A stretch of 64,000 nucleotides of DNA, taken from NCBI GenBank assembly GCA_965277715.1, contig OZ255836.1:3200001-3264000 (forward strand), read 5' to 3'. Position 1 is the stretch's first letter; every line of letters begins with the position of its first letter. Below, in pieces: positions 12,701 through 18,700 of the stretch. The notes below the pieces were generated by a model. The model was not told the DNA's origin. It ran no database searches and saw nothing but the letters and a program-made list of their open reading frames with translations. Origin of the DNA: Gammaproteobacteria bacterium. GTDB taxonomy: Bacteria > Pseudomonadota > Gammaproteobacteria > JBCCGL01. Position numbers and translations under genes: made by a program.

Positions 12701-15700
12701 TTTGATTGTTATTGGCGTGTAAAGCGCCTTGGTTATCCAGACTGTTTGATGCGGTGATGGCCAGTGTATTGCCCGCCAGGATATGCTCGCGGTTACGCAC
12801 ATCCGTGGCATTGAGGGTGATATTGCGGCTGGCCTGTACATCACCGCTATTGGTTAGAGTAGTCGCTGTAATCGTTGCATCCGTGGCGGCAAGCGTGGCC
12901 TGGTTATCCAATATGGATGTATTCAGCGTAAGCGCATTATCCGCCTGCACAGTGCCTGCGTTGTTGCGTACGGCACCGCTGTTGGTGATAGTCAGGTCGT
13001 GACTGCTGAGGATATTGCCACTGTTGGTAATAGTATCCGTCGTCAGGGTCGTGTCGGTGGCCAGTAGGGTGCGCTGGTTATTTACCGCGCCCGCTGTGAC
13101 GGTCAGGGTATTGTTGGCCTGTACCGTACCATCGTTGTTGAGTGTATCGCTGACATCCAGGGTGATATCTTCAACCGCGAGTAGATTGGTGTCTGTCAGG
13201 CTTAGGTTATCAACATCAATATGCACTTGCGTGGCGGACAGTTCACCACCCTGGCTATCCAGGTTTGTCGCTGCAATTGTTAATGCATTACTGGCGGTAA
13301 TCGTTTCGCTATTAGTCAATACCCCGGCAGTAATCGTCTGGTTATTGTTCGCGTGTAGCGTGGCCTGGTTGATCAGTTGATTGCGCGCTGTGATCGTTAA
13401 GGCGTTATCCGCCAGAATGTTCTGGTTATTGGTCAGACTATCGCTTATCAGGCTGAGGTCGTGGGCAGCTTGTATATCACCGCTATTGGCCAGGGTGGTT
13501 GCTGTAATCGTGGCATCAGTGGCGGCAAGCGTGGCTTGGTTATCCAATATGGATGAATTCAGCGTAAGCGCATTATCCGCCTGTACAGTGCCTGCATTGT
13601 TGCGTACAGCGCCGCTGTTGGTGATGGTTAAGTCGTGACTGCTAAGGATATTGCCGCTGTTGGTAATAGTATCCGTTGTCAGGGTCGTGTCTGTGGCCAG
13701 TAAAGTACGCTGATTCTCCACCGTGCCCGCTGTGACGGTCAGGGTATTGTTGGCCTGAACCGTGCCATCGTTGTTGAGTGTATCGCTCACATCCAGGGTG
13801 ATATCTTCAACTGCGAGTAGATTGGTGTCTGTCAGGGTCAGGTTATCAACATCAATGCCTACTTGTGTGGCGGACAATTCTCCGCCCTGGCTATTAAGGT
13901 TGGCCGCCGCAATCGTTAAGGTATTACTGGCGGTAATCGTTTCGCTATTGGTCAACACCCCGGCGGTAATCGTCTGGTTATTGTTCGCGTGCAGCGTGGC
14001 CTGGTTGATGAGTTGATTGCGCGCTGTGATCGTTAAGGCGTTATCCGCCAGGATATTCTGGTTATTGGTCAGGTTATCGGTTATCAGGCTGAGGTCGTGG
14101 GCGGCTTGTATATCACCGCTATTGGTCAGCATTGATGCCGTGATCGTTGCATCCGTGGCAGCAAGTGTGGCCTGGTTATCCAGGGTGGCAGTGTTCAGCG
14201 TCAGCGCATTATCCGCCTGCACAGTGCCTGCATTGTTATGTACGGCACCGCTGTTGGTGATGGTCAGATCGTGACTGCTAAGGATATTGCCACTGTTGGT
14301 AATAGTATCCGTCGTTAAGGTCGTGTCTGTGGCCAGTAAGGTGCGCTGGTTATCCACCGCGCCCGCTGTGACGGTCAGGGTATTGTTGGCCTGTACCGTG
14401 CCATCGTTGTTGAGTGTATCGCTCACATCCAGGGTGATATCTTCAACTGCGAGTAGATTGGTGTCTGTCAGGGTCAGGTTATCAACATCAATGCCTACTT
14501 GTGTGGCGGACAATTCTCCGCCCTGGCTATTAAGGTTGGCCGCCGCAATCGTTAAGGCATTGCTGGCGGTAATCGTTTCGCTATTGGTCAATACTCCGGC
14601 GGTAATCGTCTGGTTATTGTTTGCGTGCAGCGTGGCCTGGTTGATGAGTTGATTGCGCGCTGTGATCGTTAAGGTGTTATCCGCCAGGATGTTCTGTTTA
14701 TTGGTCAGGCTATCGCTTATCAGGCTGAGGTCGTGGGCGGCTTGTATATCACCGCTATTGGTCAGCATCGATGCCGTGATCGTTGCATCCGTGGCGGCAA
14801 GTGTGGCCTGGTTATCCAGGGTGGCAGTATTCAGCGTAAGCGCATTATCCGCCTGCACAGTGCCTGCATTGTTATGTACGGCACCGCTGTTGGTGATGGT
14901 CAGATCGTGACTGCTAAGGATATTGCCACTGTTGGTAATAGTATCCGTCGTTAAGGTCGTGTCTGTGGCCAGTAAGGTGCGCTGGTTATCCACCGCGCCC
15001 GCTGTGATTGTCAGGGTATTGTTGGCCTGAACCGTGCCGTCATTGTTGAGTGTATCGCTCACATCCAGGGTGATATCTTCAACTGCGAGTAGATTGGTGT
15101 CTGTCAAAGTCAGGTTATCAACATCAATATTGACTTGCGTGGCGGACAGTTCACCACCCTGGCTATCCAGGTTTGTCGCTGCAATTGTTAATGCATTGCT
15201 GGCGGTAATCGTTTCGCTATTAGTCAACACCCCGGCGGTAATCGTCTGGTTATTGTTCGCGTGTAGCGTGGCTTGGTTGATGAGTTGATTGCGCGCTGTG
15301 ATCGTTAAGGTGTTATCCGCCAGGATGTTCTGGTTATTGGTCAGACTATCGCTTATCAGGCTGAGGTCGTGGGCGGCTTGTATATCACCGCTATTGGTCA
15401 GCGTTGATGCCGTGATCGTTGCATCGGTGGCCGCCAGCGTAGCCTGGTTATCTAGCGTGGCAGTGTTCAGCGTAAGCGCATTATCCGCCTGTACAGTGCC
15501 TGCGTTATTGCGTACAGCGCCGCTGTTGGTGATGCTCAGGTCGTGACTGCTGAGGATATTGCCACTGTTGGTAATAGTATCCGTCGTCAGGGTCGTATCG
15601 GTGGCCAGTAAGGTGCGCTGGTTATCCACCGCGCCCGCTGTGACGGTCAGGGTATTGTTGGCCTGTACCGTGCCATCGTTGTTGAGTGTATCGCTCACAT

Positions 15701-18700
15701 CCAGGGTGATATCTTCTACCGCCAGTAGGCGGGTGTCTGTCAAAGTTAGGTTATCAACATCAATGCCTACTTGTGTGGCGGACAATTCTCCGCCCTGGCT
15801 ATTCAGGTTTGTCGCTGCAATTGTTAATGCATTGCTGGCGGTAATCGTTTCGCTATTAGTCAACACCCCGGCGGTAATCGTCTGGTTATTGTTCGCGTGT
15901 AGCGTGGCTTGGTTGATGAGTTGATTGCGCGCTGTGATCGTTAAGGTGTTATCCGCCAGGATGTTCTGGTTATTGGTCAGACTATCGCTTATCAGGCTGA
16001 GGTCGTGGGCGGCTTGCACATCACCGCTATTGGTCAGGGTGGTTGCTGTGATCGTGGCATCAGTGGCGGCAAGCGTGGCCTGGTTATCTAGCGTGGCAGT
16101 GTTCAGGGTGAGCGCATTATCCGCCTGTACAGTGCCTGCGTTATTGCGTACAGCGCCGCTGTTGGTGATGGTCAGGTCGTGGCTGCTGAGGATATTGCCG
16201 CTGTTGGTAATAGTATCCGTCGTCAGGGTCGTATCGGTGGCCAGTAGTGTGCGCTGGTTATCCACCGCGCCCGCTGTGACGGTCAGGGTATTGTTGGCCT
16301 GTACCGTGCCATCGTTGTTGAGTGTATCGCTGACATCCAGGGTGATATCTTCAACTGCGAGTAGATTGGTGTCTGTCAGGCTTAGATTATCAACATCAAT
16401 ACCTACTTGTGTGGCGGACAATTCTCCGCCCTGGCTATCCAGGTTTGTCGCTGCAATTGTTAAGGCATTACTGGCGGTAATCGTTTCGCTATTGGTCAAT
16501 ACCCCGGCGGTAATCGTCTGGTTATTGTTCGCGTGCAGCGTGGCTTGGTTGATGAGTTGATTGCGCGCTGTGATCGTTAAGGCGTTATCCGCCAGGATGT
16601 TCTGGTTATTGGTCAGGCTATCGCTTATCAGGCTGAGGTCGTGGGCAGCTTGTATATCACCGCTATTGGTCAGCATCGATGCGGTGATAGTGGCATCAGT
16701 GGCAGCAAGCGTGGCCTGGTTATCCAGGGTGGCAGTGTTCAGCGTAAGCGCATTATCCGCCTGCACAGTGCCTGCATTGTTGCGTACTGTGCTGCTGTTG
16801 GTGATGGTTAAGTCGTGACTACTGAGGATATTGCCGCTGTTGGTAATTTCACTGGTGGTCAGGGTCGTGTCGGTGGCCAGTAGGGTGCGCTGGTTATCCA
16901 CCGTGCCCGCTGTGATTGTCAGGGTATTGTTGGCCTGTACCGTGCCATCGTTGTTGAGTGTATCACTCACATCCAGGGTGATATCTTCAACTGCGAGTAG
17001 ATTGGTGTCTGTCAGGCTTAGGTTATCAACATCAATATTCACTTGCGTGGCGGATAACTCACCCCCTGTGCTGTCGATGCCATTGGCCACAATTTCCAAG
17101 CGACTACTGGCCGTAATGTCATGGCTATTCGTCAGGGTGTCAGTGGTGATTTGTTGGCTGCTATTGGCGTGCAACACACCCTGGTTATTCACGTTATTTG
17201 CCGCAGTGATCGTTAAGGCATTGCCTGACAGGATGTTTTGGTTGTTGACCAGTGTATCTATCACCAGGCTTAGGTCGTGGGTGACCTGTACATCACCGCT
17301 ATTGGTCAGGGTAGCTGCGGTAATCGTTGCATCGGTGGCGGCAAGCGTGGCCTGGTTATCTAGCGTGGCAGTGTTCAGCGTAAGCGCATTATCCGCCTGC
17401 ACAGTGCCTGCATTGTTATGTACTGCACCACTGTTGGTGATGGTCAGATCGTGACTGCTAAGGATATTGCCACTGTTGGTAATAGTATCCGTCGTTAAGG
17501 TCGTGTCTGTGGCCAGTAGGGTGCGCTGGTTATCCACCGCGCCCGCTGTGACGGTCAGGGTATTGTTGGCCTGAACCGTGCCATCGTTGTTGAGTGTGTC
17601 GTTCACATCCAAGGTGATATCTTCAACCGCCAGCAGGCGAGTATCTGTCAAGGTCAGGGTGTCGGTGTCGATCGTCACCTGCGTGGCGGATACTTCGCCA
17701 CCTGTGCTGTCTGCCGTGGCTGCCGTAATCCCCAGGTTATTGCGGGCCGTGATGTCCTGGCTATTGGTTAGAGTCTGCGTGCTGATTGTTTGGTTGTTAT
17801 TGGCGTGCAAAACGCCCTGGTTATTCAGGCTGTTCGCTGCGGTAATCGTCAAGGCATTATCCGCCACGATGCGCTGGCTGTTGTCGATAGTATCGGCGCG
17901 TAGCGTTGCATCATGGGTGGCTTGTATATCACCGCTGTTGGTAATTGCAGTGGCAGTCACCGTGGCATCGGTGGCTGCAAGCGTTGCGCGGTTGTCCAGC
18001 GTAGCCGTATTCAGCGTCAGCGTATTATCCGCCTGCACAGTGCCTGCATTGTTGAGCACGGCGCCGCTGTTGGTGATGGTCAGGTCGTGACTGCTGAGGA
18101 TATTGCCACTGTTACTGACTGCATCGGTGGTGAGTGTGGCATCGGTCGCGAGGAGAGTACCCTGGTTAAGCAGGTTATCGGTGGTCACCGTCAAGGCATT
18201 ATTTGCCTGAACCGTTCCGGCATTGCTGAGTGTATCGCTCACATCCAGGGTGATATCTTCAACCGCCAGTAGGCGAGTATCTGTCAAGGTCAGGGTGTCG
18301 GTGTCGATCGTCACCTGCGTGGCGGATACTTCGCCACCTGTGCTGTCTGCCGTGGCTGCCGTAATCCCCAGGTTATTGCGGGCCGTGATGTCCTGGCTAT
18401 TGGTTAGAGTCTGCGTGCTGATTGTTTGGTTGTTATTGGCGTGCAAAACGCCCTGGTTATTCAGGCTGTTCGCTGCGGTAATCGTCAAGGCATTATCCGC
18501 CACGATGCGCTGGCTGTTGTCGATAGTATCGGCGCGCAGCGTTGCATCATGGGTGGCTTGTATATCACCGCTGTTGGTGATTGCAGTGGCGGTCACCGTG
18601 GCATCGGTGGCCACAAGCGTTGCGCGGTTGTCCAGCGTAGCCGTATTCAGTGTCAGCGCATTATCGGCCTGCACGGTGCCTGCGCTGTTGAGCACGGCGC